A DNA stretch of 32,000 nt, from NCBI GenBank assembly GCA_032477055.1, contig JAWDXP010000010.1, forward strand, positions 89,702 to 121,701, given 5' to 3'. Positions 1 to 8,639 of this stretch are shown piece by piece (positions within the stretch are counted from its first letter, which is position 1; each line of letters starts with the position of its first letter). This DNA is from Dysgonomonas sp. (GTDB lineage Bacteria > Bacteroidota > Bacteroidia > Bacteroidales > Dysgonomonadaceae). The notes below the pieces were generated by a model, which worked only from the letters and a program-made list of their open reading frames with translations, did no database searches and had not been told where the DNA came from. Position numbers and translations under genes: made by a program.

Positions 1-41
1 CCATAATAGATAATTAGTGAGTAAGTATATTTTACTTAACC

Positions 42-449
42 TCACAAATCATTTCTCTTCTCAACAATAACGTATTCGTATCCATTCTTTTCGAATCGTT
101 CCTTAGTCTCAACAAACCCGAACTTTTTATAAAAATCGACTTTGTCTGCCCGGGAGTTACACCATACTCTTGGAAATTTCAGATCCTTTACATAATCTAC
201 CAACCATTCCATCAACTTTGTACCATATCCTTTTCCTTGATATTCCGGCAAAGTAGCAAATTTCCGAAATTGGATCTCTCCATTCTCCAAAAATATTGAA
301 AATACACTGACAGGTTCCCCATTCAGATAGTATCCCATATGCAGCCCCTTGTCATCATCAGGTAAAACCACAAAATCTTTTTCTTTATCAGGATACATCA
401 CTTTATGTCTTATATCCAAAACCTGCTCATAAGGGACTTCATTTATCAT
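42..449 (-). CDS. GNAT-family N-acetyltransferase (135 aa)
   Basis: Intact ATG-initiated ORF. It carries the acetyl-CoA-binding loop of the GNAT fold (Q-x-x-G-x-G: 'YQGKGYGTKLMEWL') and a C-terminal 'FYKKFGF' typical of the family. Confidence 0.85.
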   Translation of the reverse strand: MINEVPYEQVLDIRHKVMYPDKEKDFVVLPDDDKGLHMGYYLNGEPVSVFSIFLENGEIQFRKFATLPEYQGKGYGTKLMEWLVDYVKDLKFPRVWCNSRADKVDFYKKFGFVETKERFEKNGYEYVIVEKRNDL

Positions 450-500
450 ACTTAATACATTTTTAGAGATACGAAGGTAAGATTCTATATTGAAAGAATG

Positions 501-508
501 TATATTTG
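501..508 (+). promoter_or_regulatory. Bacteroides-type -7 promoter box TATATTTG (TAnnTTTG) for the DPP-IV gene
   Basis: Exact match to TAnnTTTG, 23 nt upstream of the ATG at 531. No clean -33 TTTG was seen. The box overlaps the track's upstream ATG at 498, which argues that 498 is not the real start. Confidence 0.45.
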
Positions 509-530
509 TAAATCAGAAAAGATAAAACTC

Positions 531-2675
531 ATGAAGAAAATTTATTTTTTACTTGTTGCTTTGATTATCGCAAACGTTTCATTTGCTCAAACATTAAGCC
601 TAAATGATATAACAGAGGGTAAATATCGCCCTAAAGGAGTACAACCCGTTGTTTCTTCTGCTGATGGAGAATACTATTTTCAAGCCAATCAGCAACGTAC
701 AAAGATTATAAAATATTCGTATAAAACCGGTGCAGAGGTAGAGACAGTCCTTGATTTACAAACTGCCAGAGATAATAACATTTCTGCTTTCCAAGGCTTT
801 CTGATGAGTCCTGATGAAAAAAGACTGATCATATACACCAACAGTGAATCTATATACCGCCGCTCTTTTAAAGCAGACTATTATTATTACGATATTCGCC
901 GCAATCTGATCCGCAAACTGACGGAAAACAAGTCTAAACAAATGTGTCCTGTGTTTTCTAAAGATGGTCGCATGTTAGCTTATGTATGTGACAATAATAT
1001 CTGGCTGGCTAAATTCGACTATGATACAGAATCACAAATCACTAAAGATGGTCAGTTTGGAAAAATTATCAATGGAGCTACCGACTGGGTATATGAAGAA
1101 GAATTCGGAATAACTACACTTATGGATTTTTCGACAGATAATAAACTTTTGGCTTTTATCAGATTTGATGAAACAAGTGTTCCTGAATTTTCTTTCCAAA
1201 ACTTTAAAGGAAAATTATATCCTGATTATACCTCTTTTAAATACCCTAAACCGGGCGATCCAAACTCTAAAGTAACCTGTAATGTTTTTGATATTGAATC
1301 AAAAACTACACGTGCGATTAGTTTTCCGGCAGGTAGTGACGAGATTGAATATATTCCTCAAATAGAATTTGTCCCCACAGGTCAATTAGCTATAATGACG
1401 CTCAACCGCAATCAGAACGATTTTAATCTATTTTTTGCAGATGCGCGTACAACTATAGCCAAATCTATTTTAAGAGAGCAAAATGATAGGTATATAAATT
1501 CTGAGTTTTTTAAAAGTATACGTTTTACAGGTGATAGTTTCATCTATCTAAGCGAAAAAGACGGATATAGTCATATTTATCTGTATTCTCTGACAGGTGT
1601 ACAACAGAAGCAACTAACATCGGGCAATTATGATGTGATAGATATTCTTGCTTACGATCCTGCAGGAAAGGCAGTCTACTATCAGGCAGCAGAAGTGAGT
1701 CCACTACAAAGAGAAATCTACAAAGTAGATATAACCAAAGGGAACAAGACAAAACTTTCTACAAAAGCAGGATATAATAATGCTAATTTCAGCACAAGCG
1801 GAAAGTACTTTATCAATCAATGGTCTGATGCCTCTACCCCTACCCTGATCACACTTAATGATGCTTCGGGCAAGGAGTTGCGTGTATTGGAAGATAATAA
1901 AGCATTAAATACGACACCTTTCCCTAAAAAAGAATTTATCAAAGTAAGGAGTGGTGAAGGTGCGGAACTAAATGCGTACATAATGAAACCTGCAAATTTC
2001 AATCCCTCTACCAAGTATCCATTGCTAATGGTTCAATATAGCGGACCCGATTCTCAACAGGTATTAGACCGGTTCGGAGTAGACTGGACAGATTATCTGG
2101 TTAGTCAAGGATTCGTTGTAGCATGTGTCGATGGAAGAGGTACAGGTGCAAGAGGTGAAGAGTTCAGAAAATGTACATATATGAACCTTGGCATCAAAGA
2201 ATCGGACGATCAGATCGCTGCTGCACAGTATTTCGCAGCATTATCATATATAGATCCGACCAATATTTCGATATGGGGATGGAGCTATGGCGGATATAAC
2301 GTTCTGATGAGCATGAGCCGAGGAAACGGAATTTTCAGATCGGGTATAGCTATTGCCCCTGTTACAGATTGGAGATTTTATGACTCGGTATACACAGAAC
2401 GATTCATGCGTACACCTCAACAAAACGTACGCGGCTATGACAATGGCTCACCTATCAAGCTGGCTAATAACCTGCAAGGCAGGCTATTAGTTATTCACGG
2501 GACAGCCGATGACAATGTTCATTTCCAGAATACGGTAGAATATACCAATGCCCTGATCAAGGCAGATAAACAATTCAAACTGTTCATGTTCCCTGATCTA
2601 AATCACTCTATATTAGGCGCTCACAACAGGACTTATTTATATAATAAAGTAATAAATTTCCTAAAATCTAATTAA
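531..2675 (+). CDS. Dipeptidyl-peptidase IV-like serine peptidase, family S9B, secreted (714 aa)
   Basis: The start at 531 gives the signal peptide MKKIYFLLVALIIANVSFAQ. A long N-terminal propeller-type region is followed by a C-terminal alpha/beta-hydrolase domain. The domain has the nucleophile motif GWSYGG ('ISIWGWSYGGYNVL'), the acid 'HGTADDNVH' and the His 'PDLNHSI' in Ser-Asp-His order. Confidence 0.9.
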   Translation: MKKIYFLLVALIIANVSFAQTLSLNDITEGKYRPKGVQPVVSSADGEYYFQANQQRTKIIKYSYKTGAEVETVLDLQTARDNNISAFQGFLMSPDEKRLIIYTNSESIYRRSFKADYYYYDIRRNLIRKLTENKSKQMCPVFSKDGRMLAYVCDNNIWLAKFDYDTESQITKDGQFGKIINGATDWVYEEEFGITTLMDFSTDNKLLAFIRFDETSVPEFSFQNFKGKLYPDYTSFKYPKPGDPNSKVTCNVFDIESKTTRAISFPAGSDEIEYIPQIEFVPTGQLAIMTLNRNQNDFNLFFADARTTIAKSILREQNDRYINSEFFKSIRFTGDSFIYLSEKDGYSHIYLYSLTGVQQKQLTSGNYDVIDILAYDPAGKAVYYQAAEVSPLQREIYKVDITKGNKTKLSTKAGYNNANFSTSGKYFINQWSDASTPTLITLNDASGKELRVLEDNKALNTTPFPKKEFIKVRSGEGAELNAYIMKPANFNPSTKYPLLMVQYSGPDSQQVLDRFGVDWTDYLVSQGFVVACVDGRGTGARGEEFRKCTYMNLGIKESDDQIAAAQYFAALSYIDPTNISIWGWSYGGYNVLMSMSRGNGIFRSGIAIAPVTDWRFYDSVYTERFMRTPQQNVRGYDNGSPIKLANNLQGRLLVIHGTADDNVHFQNTVEYTNALIKADKQFKLFMFPDLNHSILGAHNRTYLYNKVINFLKSN

Positions 2676-2692
2676 AAATAATGATTATCTGA

Positions 2693-2845
2693 ATGTCGTA
2701 ATCCCGAGTCTTTAAATCTACATTTGAAGATTTCAAACTCATATTATGACATATTCGATGGATTACAGGGAATAGCGACATTAGCCGTCGTATATTTTCA
2801 TATCTTCACATCTTACCCCACCAATGGTTCAGATCGGTCTGCCTG
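2693..2845 (+). pseudogene. 5' remnant of an acyltransferase-3 family gene, paralogous to the 5' end of the intact gene at 3712
   Basis: 2693-2840 aligns by eye to 3712-3858 at roughly 70% nucleotide identity, starting from the identical ATGTCG start. Codon 3 is TAA where the intact copy has AAA, and there is a 1-nt indel before the conserved block. The translated block YYDIFDGLQGIATLAVVYFHIF matches HYDILDGLRGVAAITVVCFHLF. Homology stops near 2845. Confidence 0.75.
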
Positions 2846-2846
2846 T

Positions 2847-2877
2847 TTTGTAGAATGTGGTATCTTTCGTATTTTTG
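2847..2877 (+). promoter_or_regulatory. Bacteroides sigma-ABfr type promoter: -33 TTTG (2847-2850), 19-nt spacer, -7 TATTTTTG (2870-2877)
   Basis: Exact match to the TTTG-N19-21-TAnnTTTG consensus, about 18 nt upstream of the ATG at 2895. It begins right where the acyltransferase-remnant homology ends. Confidence 0.65.
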
Positions 2878-2894
2878 TTTTAGATAAAGGGGTA

Positions 2895-3464
2895 ATGAAT
2901 ATGGAAAATATCATCAGCAATATGAAATCTTTATATCCAATTTCCGATGAAACTATACGGGAATTGGAAAGCTATGTAACTTTATGCCATTTTCCTAAAA
3001 GACATCAGCTCATAAAGAAAGACATATTCTGCAAATATGCTTATTTCACAGAAAAAGGAATGACACGTTCTTTCTGGCTGGTAGATGGTGAAGAGATAAC
3101 AACCTCATTTGCATGTGAAGGCAGTATTGTTTTCAGTATGGATGAGTTATACTATCAGAAGGTAAGTGAGGAGTTTGTAGAAACATTGGAAGAAGTGGAG
3201 GCTTACAGAATATTGTTGACTGATCTGACTCACCTTTTCGAAACGAACATCGAACTGAGTAACTGGGGAAGAATTATTCATCAGAACGAATACAGACGCT
3301 TACACCGGAGTCATATGGAACGTCTAACCCTGCCCGCTAAAGAACGATACGAAGAATTCAGAAAGCAGTTTCCTTATGTAGAAAAGCGAACAAACCTAAG
3401 TTATATTGCCTCTTATTTAGGAATTACACTTCCTACACTCAGCCGACTTCGGGCTAATGATTAA
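2895..3464 (+). CDS. Crp/Fnr-family transcriptional regulator (about 189 aa)
   Basis: The track ORF (2724-3464, TTG start) fuses the acyltransferase remnant to this gene. The ATG at 2895 (or 2901) lies downstream of the promoter. This gives the usual ~190-aa architecture of an N-terminal cNMP-binding-like beta-roll and a C-terminal HTH ('LSYIASYLGITLPTLSRLR'). Confidence 0.8.
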   Translation: MNMENIISNMKSLYPISDETIRELESYVTLCHFPKRHQLIKKDIFCKYAYFTEKGMTRSFWLVDGEEITTSFACEGSIVFSMDELYYQKVSEEFVETLEEVEAYRILLTDLTHLFETNIELSNWGRIIHQNEYRRLHRSHMERLTLPAKERYEEFRKQFPYVEKRTNLSYIASYLGITLPTLSRLRAND

Positions 3465-3517
3465 TACCAATCAGTAGTTACAATAAACATTCTATTATTA
3501 TTTTCATTTGTAGAGAT

Positions 3518-3561
3518 AGGGCTTTGCTCTATCCGCTATCGGGCAAAGCAAAGCCTTGCCC
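3518..3561 (+). other. GC-rich imperfect palindrome with two mutually exclusive hairpins downstream of the crp-like gene
   Basis: AGGGCTTTGCT (3518-3528) pairs with AGCAAAGCCT (3547-3556). Alternatively GGGCAA (3541-3546) pairs with TTGCCC (3556-3561). No T-tract follows, so this may be an atypical terminator or a REP-like element. Confidence 0.35.
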
Positions 3562-3672
3562 CTACTTCCATATTCATGCTAAAAATAAACAAATAGTGAT
3601 TTAGCTGAATAATAATTCCAGATATTATCATCAATTTTGATTTAGGACAAATTTTTATAGATAAATACGTTG

Positions 3673-3680
3673 TATTTTTG
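3673..3680 (+). promoter_or_regulatory. -7 promoter box TATTTTTG for the acyltransferase gene
   Basis: Exact TAnnTTTG match 32 nt upstream of the ATG at 3712. It overlaps the track's TTG start at 3670, which supports 3712 as the true start. Confidence 0.45.
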
Positions 3681-3711
3681 CCGCATCTCTATTTCAAAAA
3701 AACTAGTTTTA

Positions 3712-4848
3712 ATGTCGAAAACCGAAATCTCTAAGGCTGCATTTGCAGACACTAAACCTCACTATGACATACTCGATGGATTGCGCGGAGTGGCGGCTAT
3801 CACAGTCGTATGTTTTCACCTATTCGAAGCTTTTGCTACCAGCCATTTAGATCAACGGATCAATCATGGTTATTTAGCAGTCGACTTTTTCTTTATACTA
3901 TCAGGATTTGTTGTAGGTTATGCCTATGACGATCGTTGGGGAAAGATGACAACAAAAGACTTTATCAAACGCAGAATTATACGTCTGCACCCGATGGTTG
4001 TAATGGGAGCTCTCATAGGAGCAGTCATGTTTTATACTCAAGGTTGTTCTGTGTGGGATGTATCAGTAGTACCCATTGCAGCTTTGCTAATCGCCACACT
4101 TCTCAATATGTTTCTGATTCCGGCTACCCCCGCAAACGAAATCCGAGGTGTGGGAGAAATGTTTCCCCTGAATGGTCCAAGTTGGTCTCTATTCTTTGAA
4201 TATATCGGCAACATTCTTTATGCATTGTTCATCCGCAAACTCTCAACTAAAGCTCTTGCAGTACTGGTATTTCTTGCCGGATGCGGTTTGGCGACATTTG
4301 CCATATTCGGACCTTTAGGCGATATATGTGTCGGATTTTCATTGACAGGAACAGAATTTACCGGAGGATCTTTTCGGTTGTTATTTTCTTTTTCTGCCGG
4401 ATTATTACTTTCCCGTATTTTCAAGCCTGCTAACATAAAGGGAGCTTTCTGGATATGTACCCTCGCTGTTGTTGTACTTCTGGCTGTACCGCGTATAGGT
4501 GGGGCTGAACATTTATGGATGAACGGAATATATGATACTCTATGCTGTGTATTATTCTTCCCGCTTCTTGTTTATCTCGGAGCTTCAGGAAAAAGCACCG
4601 ATAAGTACACAACCCGCATATGCAAGTTTTTAGGAGATATTTCTTACCCTTTGTATATGGTACATTATCCTTTCATTTACCTATATTTTGCTTGGGTAAA
4701 AAATGAGAACCTTACATTTGAGCAATCATTGCCCGGTGCAGCAGCAGTTGTTATAGGAAGCATTGTTTTAGCTTATATCTGCTTGAAATTCTATGATATA
4801 CCAGTACGAAAATATCTGACAGACCGATTTCTAAAATTGAAAAAATAA
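3712..4848 (+). CDS. Acyltransferase family 3 (OafA/NolL-like) integral membrane O-acyltransferase (378 aa)
   Basis: N-terminal signature 'LDGLRGVAAITVVCFHLF' with the conserved His, then 'YLAVDFFFILSGFV' and about 10 hydrophobic segments. These are typical of acyltransferase-3 proteins. Confidence 0.85.
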   Translation: MSKTEISKAAFADTKPHYDILDGLRGVAAITVVCFHLFEAFATSHLDQRINHGYLAVDFFFILSGFVVGYAYDDRWGKMTTKDFIKRRIIRLHPMVVMGALIGAVMFYTQGCSVWDVSVVPIAALLIATLLNMFLIPATPANEIRGVGEMFPLNGPSWSLFFEYIGNILYALFIRKLSTKALAVLVFLAGCGLATFAIFGPLGDICVGFSLTGTEFTGGSFRLLFSFSAGLLLSRIFKPANIKGAFWICTLAVVVLLAVPRIGGAEHLWMNGIYDTLCCVLFFPLLVYLGASGKSTDKYTTRICKFLGDISYPLYMVHYPFIYLYFAWVKNENLTFEQSLPGAAAVVIGSIVLAYICLKFYDIPVRKYLTDRFLKLKK

Positions 4849-4897
4849 TATGCAGTCTTATTCTGTCAATACACGATAGGGTAAAACTCACCAAACT

Positions 4898-4940
4898 ATA
4901 CGGCTTTTCTTCTTCATGAAGATGAGCCGTATTTCGTTTC
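4898..4940 (+). terminator. Rho-independent terminator of the acyltransferase gene
   Basis: The outer stem ATACGGCT (4898-4905) pairs with AGCCGTAT (4925-4932). An inner palindrome TCTTCA/TGAAGA lies within it, and the T-rich TTCGTTTCTT follows. Confidence 0.65.
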
Positions 4941-4999
4941 TTACTCCCTTAAATTATGTAAAAATGAGGGTGGAAGATAACTAATTACATGGTTTTAAC

Positions 5000-5007
5000 T
5001 ATCTTTG
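5000..5007 (+). promoter_or_regulatory. -7 promoter box TATCTTTG upstream of the DUF2723 gene
   Basis: Exact TAnnTTTG match 54 nt upstream of the ATG at 5061. No clean -33 element was seen. Confidence 0.4.
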
Positions 5008-5060
5008 CCCCTTATTTACAAATAGTTTACCTATAATACAATAAAACATTGTTTCTCAAC

Positions 5061-8000
5061 ATGAAAAGATACAACTTAGTCAATAATATTTTTGGATGGT
5101 TAAGTTTTGCAATTGCAGCAGTAGTTTATCTGATGACAATAGAGCCTACTGCCAGCTTTTGGGACTGTGGTGAGTTTATTACTTCTGCATACAAACTGGA
5201 AGTGGGACACCCGCCGGGAGCACCTTTTTTCATGTTGACAGGAAAATTCTTCACTCTTTTTGCATCTGATCCCTCACAAGTGGGTATGATGGTTAACGCA
5301 ATGTCCGCACTTCTGAGTGCTTTGACTATACTTTTCCTATTCTGGACAATTACCCATCTCGCCAAAAAACTCATTTACTCCAATACTCAAGAAGAAATGA
5401 GTCTGGGACAAATGATTGCTATTATGGGTTCGGGACTTGTAGGAGCTTTAGTATACACATTCTCAGACACATTTTGGTTTTCGGCGGTAGAAGGCGAGGT
5501 ATATGCTTATTCCTCCATGTTTACGGCACTCGTATTCTGGCTTATACTCAAATGGGAAAACCGGGCAGACCAACCCGGCTCTGACAAATGGCTGGTACTG
5601 ATCGCCTATATGATGGGACTGTCTATTGGGGTGCACTTACTGAACCTGCTTTGTATTCCTGCAATTGGTTTGGTATACTATTTTAAAAAAGCGGAGAAGC
5701 CCAATTTCAAAGGAATCCTTTTAGCTCTTGTAGGTTCATTAGGCTTGATCATAGTACTTATGTACGGTATTATTCCGGGCTTTACTAAGATCGGTGGACA
5801 AATCGAATTATTCTTTGTCAATACATTAGGTCTTTCATACAATTCAGGAGTATTCACATACCTTATCATATTACTCATATCTTTAGTTTGGGGATTATAT
5901 GAAACTCTTTCCCCTAAAGGAAATCTGCAAAGAGCAAAAATTGCATTTATCCTTTGTATGGCTCTATCAGGAATCACATTCATCAGCTCCAACTGGTTCT
6001 TGTGGCTCATCCTGTTGGGAGGATTAATATTCTTCTGTTTCAAGAGCCAAAGAGTTACTTTCAGAATGGTTAATACTTCACTTTTGTGCTTATTGGTAAT
6101 CCTGATAGGATATTCTTCATTTGCACTTATTCCCATACGTTCGGCAGCAAATACACCGATGGATCAGAATTCTCCTGAGGATGTATTTTCTTTGACCGAT
6201 TATCTGAACCGCGAACAGTACGGAGATAATCCTTTATTCTATGGTCGTACTTATGCTTCGGAAGTAAAACGTGATGCTACGGGAAAAGTACAGGAATCGA
6301 GCAAAAAGAAAAAGTATGACAAGATCGTAAAAAAATCGCCGGACGAAAAAGACCGTTATTTCGTAGCAAGTGAAGCTCCCAAATATGAATATACTCATTC
6401 GATGCTTTTCCCAAGAATGTATTCGGACGAGGCACGACATATACAAGGATATAGAAACTGGGGTGGCATCAAAGACCCTAAGATTCCTCCTACATTCTTT
6501 GAGAACCTGAGATACATGTTCAGTTATCAGGTCAATTTCATGTATTGGAGATATTTCATGTGGAACTTCTCCGGACGTCAGAACGATATCCAGTCTATGG
6601 GAGAAATTAGCAACGGTAACTGGATCACAGGTATCAGCTTTATCGACGAGCATGTTTTAGGTCTTGGACCACAAGATAATCTTCCACCCGATATTGCAGA
6701 CAACAAAGGACACAACAAATATTATATGTTACCTCTATTGTTGGGTATCCTAGGACTGATATATCAACTAACAAGGGGTAAGAAAGGAGAGCAACAACTG
6801 TGGATTACTTTCATGCTATTTTTCATGACAGGTCTTGCTATTGTTCTTTACCTAAATCAGAAACCCTACGAACCTCGTGAACGGGATTATGCGTATGCCG
6901 GTTCATTCTATGCATTCAGTATCTGGATTGGGCTAGGAGTCGCAGCACTGTGGACATTAGCCAAAAGATATATACCTTCGCACATTGCCGCCGCAGTTGT
7001 GACTATCATAACACTTCTGATACCTGTACAAATGGCGTCGGAGAACTGGGACGACCACGACCGGTCGGGGCGTTATACTATGCGCGATTTCGGGATGAAC
7101 TACCTGCGTAGTGTAGCCAAAGATGCTATCATATTTACCAACGGCGATAATGATACTTTCCCATTATGGTATGCACAGGAAGTAGAAGGTTTCCGTACTG
7201 ATGTCAGAGTTACCAATTTAAGTTACTTACAAACAGACTGGTATGTAGACCAGATGCGTCGTCAGGCTTATGACTCGCCTCCTCTTCCTATCGAATGGGA
7301 AAAATCGCAATACATCGGTGACAAAGGTATGTACGCTTACATCCTTTCTAAGGATCAGATTGAGAATGCTGTCAAGCAACAGATTGCTCAAAGTTCGGGA
7401 GGTTCTGTCTTCGATAAGCTACAAGCAGAACAGGCTTCATTGAACTTAGGTGCATACTATGACCAAAGTGCTTTCACCGACAGTGTTTCACTTGATAAGA
7501 TAATGGATATACTCAGGACTCAGGATAAATATGTTCCTAAGAATCCATTCATACAGGATGATAATATCTTTATAATTCCCGGAAATCAATTATATATGAA
7601 AGTCGACACTACTGCTGTAGACTGGGAGGCCATGAATACAACGCCTTATCCATATATGATGCTCAATCTGGGTAATAAGAATGTTGTTTATCGTAACGAA
7701 ATTATGATAATGGAGATGTTAAGCAACATAAACAAGGATAACTGGAAACGTCCTATTTATTTTGCCACAACAGTGGGTAATGACCTATACATGAATATGA
7801 AGTCTACGAACTTCATGTTAGAAGGCTTGGCTTATCGCGTTACACCGGGTATTGTTAATGATACCGGAGTGAACACAGAAGTGGCATATGATAATATGAT
7901 GAATCACTTTAAATGGGGTGGTATAGAGAATCCGGATGTATATCTGGATGAAAATAACCTGAGGTTATGTAAAACATCCCGTATCTTCTTTGCAGAGCTA

Positions 8001-8561
8001 ATAACTGCATTGATAGAAGAAGGAAAAAATGACAAAGCACTTGCCGCTTTAGATTATTGTATCAAAGTGATTCCGGCTAATACTGTCCCAATGGCAGGAG
8101 AGTCTGTACAATTTGCAGATTACTATTATCAATTAGGACAAAGAGAAAAAGGAGATGCAATAGTAAAAACAATCATGGACAGGGCTACCAAAACGCTAAA
8201 TTGGTATCATCGCCTGCAACCTGAACAAATCAATAATTCGGCAAGTAATATCCGCGAACATTTCGATACAATGTTCCGTGTAGCATTGACCTATCAAAAT
8301 AATAATATGCTGAACGAATACAAACAGTTAATGGAAACATTGCAAGGATATTCTGTCTTCTATTTTGATAATTATGCTCCTGCCTTAGGAAATTATGCTA
8401 TAAAAAATATAATGGATGTAGCGCTTCGAGGATATTACACATCCGGAGAAAACGCTGAAAAACAAACCATTGAAGAGAAGTTTGTAAATAATTTGGGCGA
8501 AATTATGAGACAACGCAGCCCACAATTATATAAAGAATATACAAATCAAAGCAGCAATTAA
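5061..8561 (+). CDS. DUF2723-family (TMEM260-like) GT-C fold membrane protein with TPR-like C-terminal region, putative polyprenyl-phosphate-sugar-dependent glycosyltransferase (1166 aa)
   Basis: The ATG at 5061 gives MKRYNLVNNIFGW. The first extracytoplasmic loop carries 'SFWDCGEFITSAYKLEVGHPPGAPFF', an acidic DxGE-type loop as in GT-C/PMT-like enzymes. More than 10 TM segments are followed by a large soluble region ending in TPR-like helices ('KALAALDYCIKVIP...YYYQLGQREKGDAI'). Confidence 0.75.
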   Translation: MKRYNLVNNIFGWLSFAIAAVVYLMTIEPTASFWDCGEFITSAYKLEVGHPPGAPFFMLTGKFFTLFASDPSQVGMMVNAMSALLSALTILFLFWTITHLAKKLIYSNTQEEMSLGQMIAIMGSGLVGALVYTFSDTFWFSAVEGEVYAYSSMFTALVFWLILKWENRADQPGSDKWLVLIAYMMGLSIGVHLLNLLCIPAIGLVYYFKKAEKPNFKGILLALVGSLGLIIVLMYGIIPGFTKIGGQIELFFVNTLGLSYNSGVFTYLIILLISLVWGLYETLSPKGNLQRAKIAFILCMALSGITFISSNWFLWLILLGGLIFFCFKSQRVTFRMVNTSLLCLLVILIGYSSFALIPIRSAANTPMDQNSPEDVFSLTDYLNREQYGDNPLFYGRTYASEVKRDATGKVQESSKKKKYDKIVKKSPDEKDRYFVASEAPKYEYTHSMLFPRMYSDEARHIQGYRNWGGIKDPKIPPTFFENLRYMFSYQVNFMYWRYFMWNFSGRQNDIQSMGEISNGNWITGISFIDEHVLGLGPQDNLPPDIADNKGHNKYYMLPLLLGILGLIYQLTRGKKGEQQLWITFMLFFMTGLAIVLYLNQKPYEPRERDYAYAGSFYAFSIWIGLGVAALWTLAKRYIPSHIAAAVVTIITLLIPVQMASENWDDHDRSGRYTMRDFGMNYLRSVAKDAIIFTNGDNDTFPLWYAQEVEGFRTDVRVTNLSYLQTDWYVDQMRRQAYDSPPLPIEWEKSQYIGDKGMYAYILSKDQIENAVKQQIAQSSGGSVFDKLQAEQASLNLGAYYDQSAFTDSVSLDKIMDILRTQDKYVPKNPFIQDDNIFIIPGNQLYMKVDTTAVDWEAMNTTPYPYMMLNLGNKNVVYRNEIMIMEMLSNINKDNWKRPIYFATTVGNDLYMNMKSTNFMLEGLAYRVTPGIVNDTGVNTEVAYDNMMNHFKWGGIENPDVYLDENNLRLCKTSRIFFAELITALIEEGKNDKALAALDYCIKVIPANTVPMAGESVQFADYYYQLGQREKGDAIVKTIMDRATKTLNWYHRLQPEQINNSASNIREHFDTMFRVALTYQNNNMLNEYKQLMETLQGYSVFYFDNYAPALGNYAIKNIMDVALRGYYTSGENAEKQTIEEKFVNNLGEIMRQRSPQLYKEYTNQSSN

Positions 8562-8579
8562 GAAAAAATTGCATCTAAT

Positions 8580-8612
8580 AGGAGGAATAAAGAAAATTTA
8601 TTCCTCCTTTTG
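8580..8612 (+). terminator. Rho-independent terminator after the DUF2723 gene
   Basis: Perfect 11-bp stem AGGAGGAATAA (8580-8590) / TTATTCCTCCT (8598-8608) with a 7-nt loop, followed by TTTG. Confidence 0.7.
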
Positions 8613-8639
8613 ATTTGAATATTTATTATTTAGAAGATA

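Noticed and set aside
498-530. N-terminal extensions offered by the ORF track: 498 for DPP-IV, 2724 for crp, 3670 for the acyltransferase, 5049 for DUF2723, 11592 for the lipoprotein and 26412 for SusC.
   Set aside because: The extensions start at TTG or upstream ATG codons that overlap -7 promoter boxes, a pseudogene remnant or the preceding gene. In each case a downstream ATG yields a canonical signal peptide or family N-terminus.
4922-4934. An identical 13-mer, ATGAGCCGTATTT, in the descending arms of two different terminators (4922-4934 and 12299-12311).
   Set aside because: The ascending arms and loops differ, and two copies are too few to call a repeat family. This is probably coincidence between GC-clamp terminator stems. 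A genome-wide count would settle it.
5678-6136. Antisense or alternative-frame ORFs nested inside large genes. Examples are 5678-6136(-), 6234-6653(-), 13182-13619(+), 15442-15879(+), 16255-16812(+), 19000-19398(+), 21745-22197(+) and 24685-25080(+).
   Set aside because: Each lies wholly within a longer ORF that has clear family signatures on another frame or strand. Their translations are low-complexity or compositionally odd, with no recognisable motifs. They are treated as shadow ORFs.
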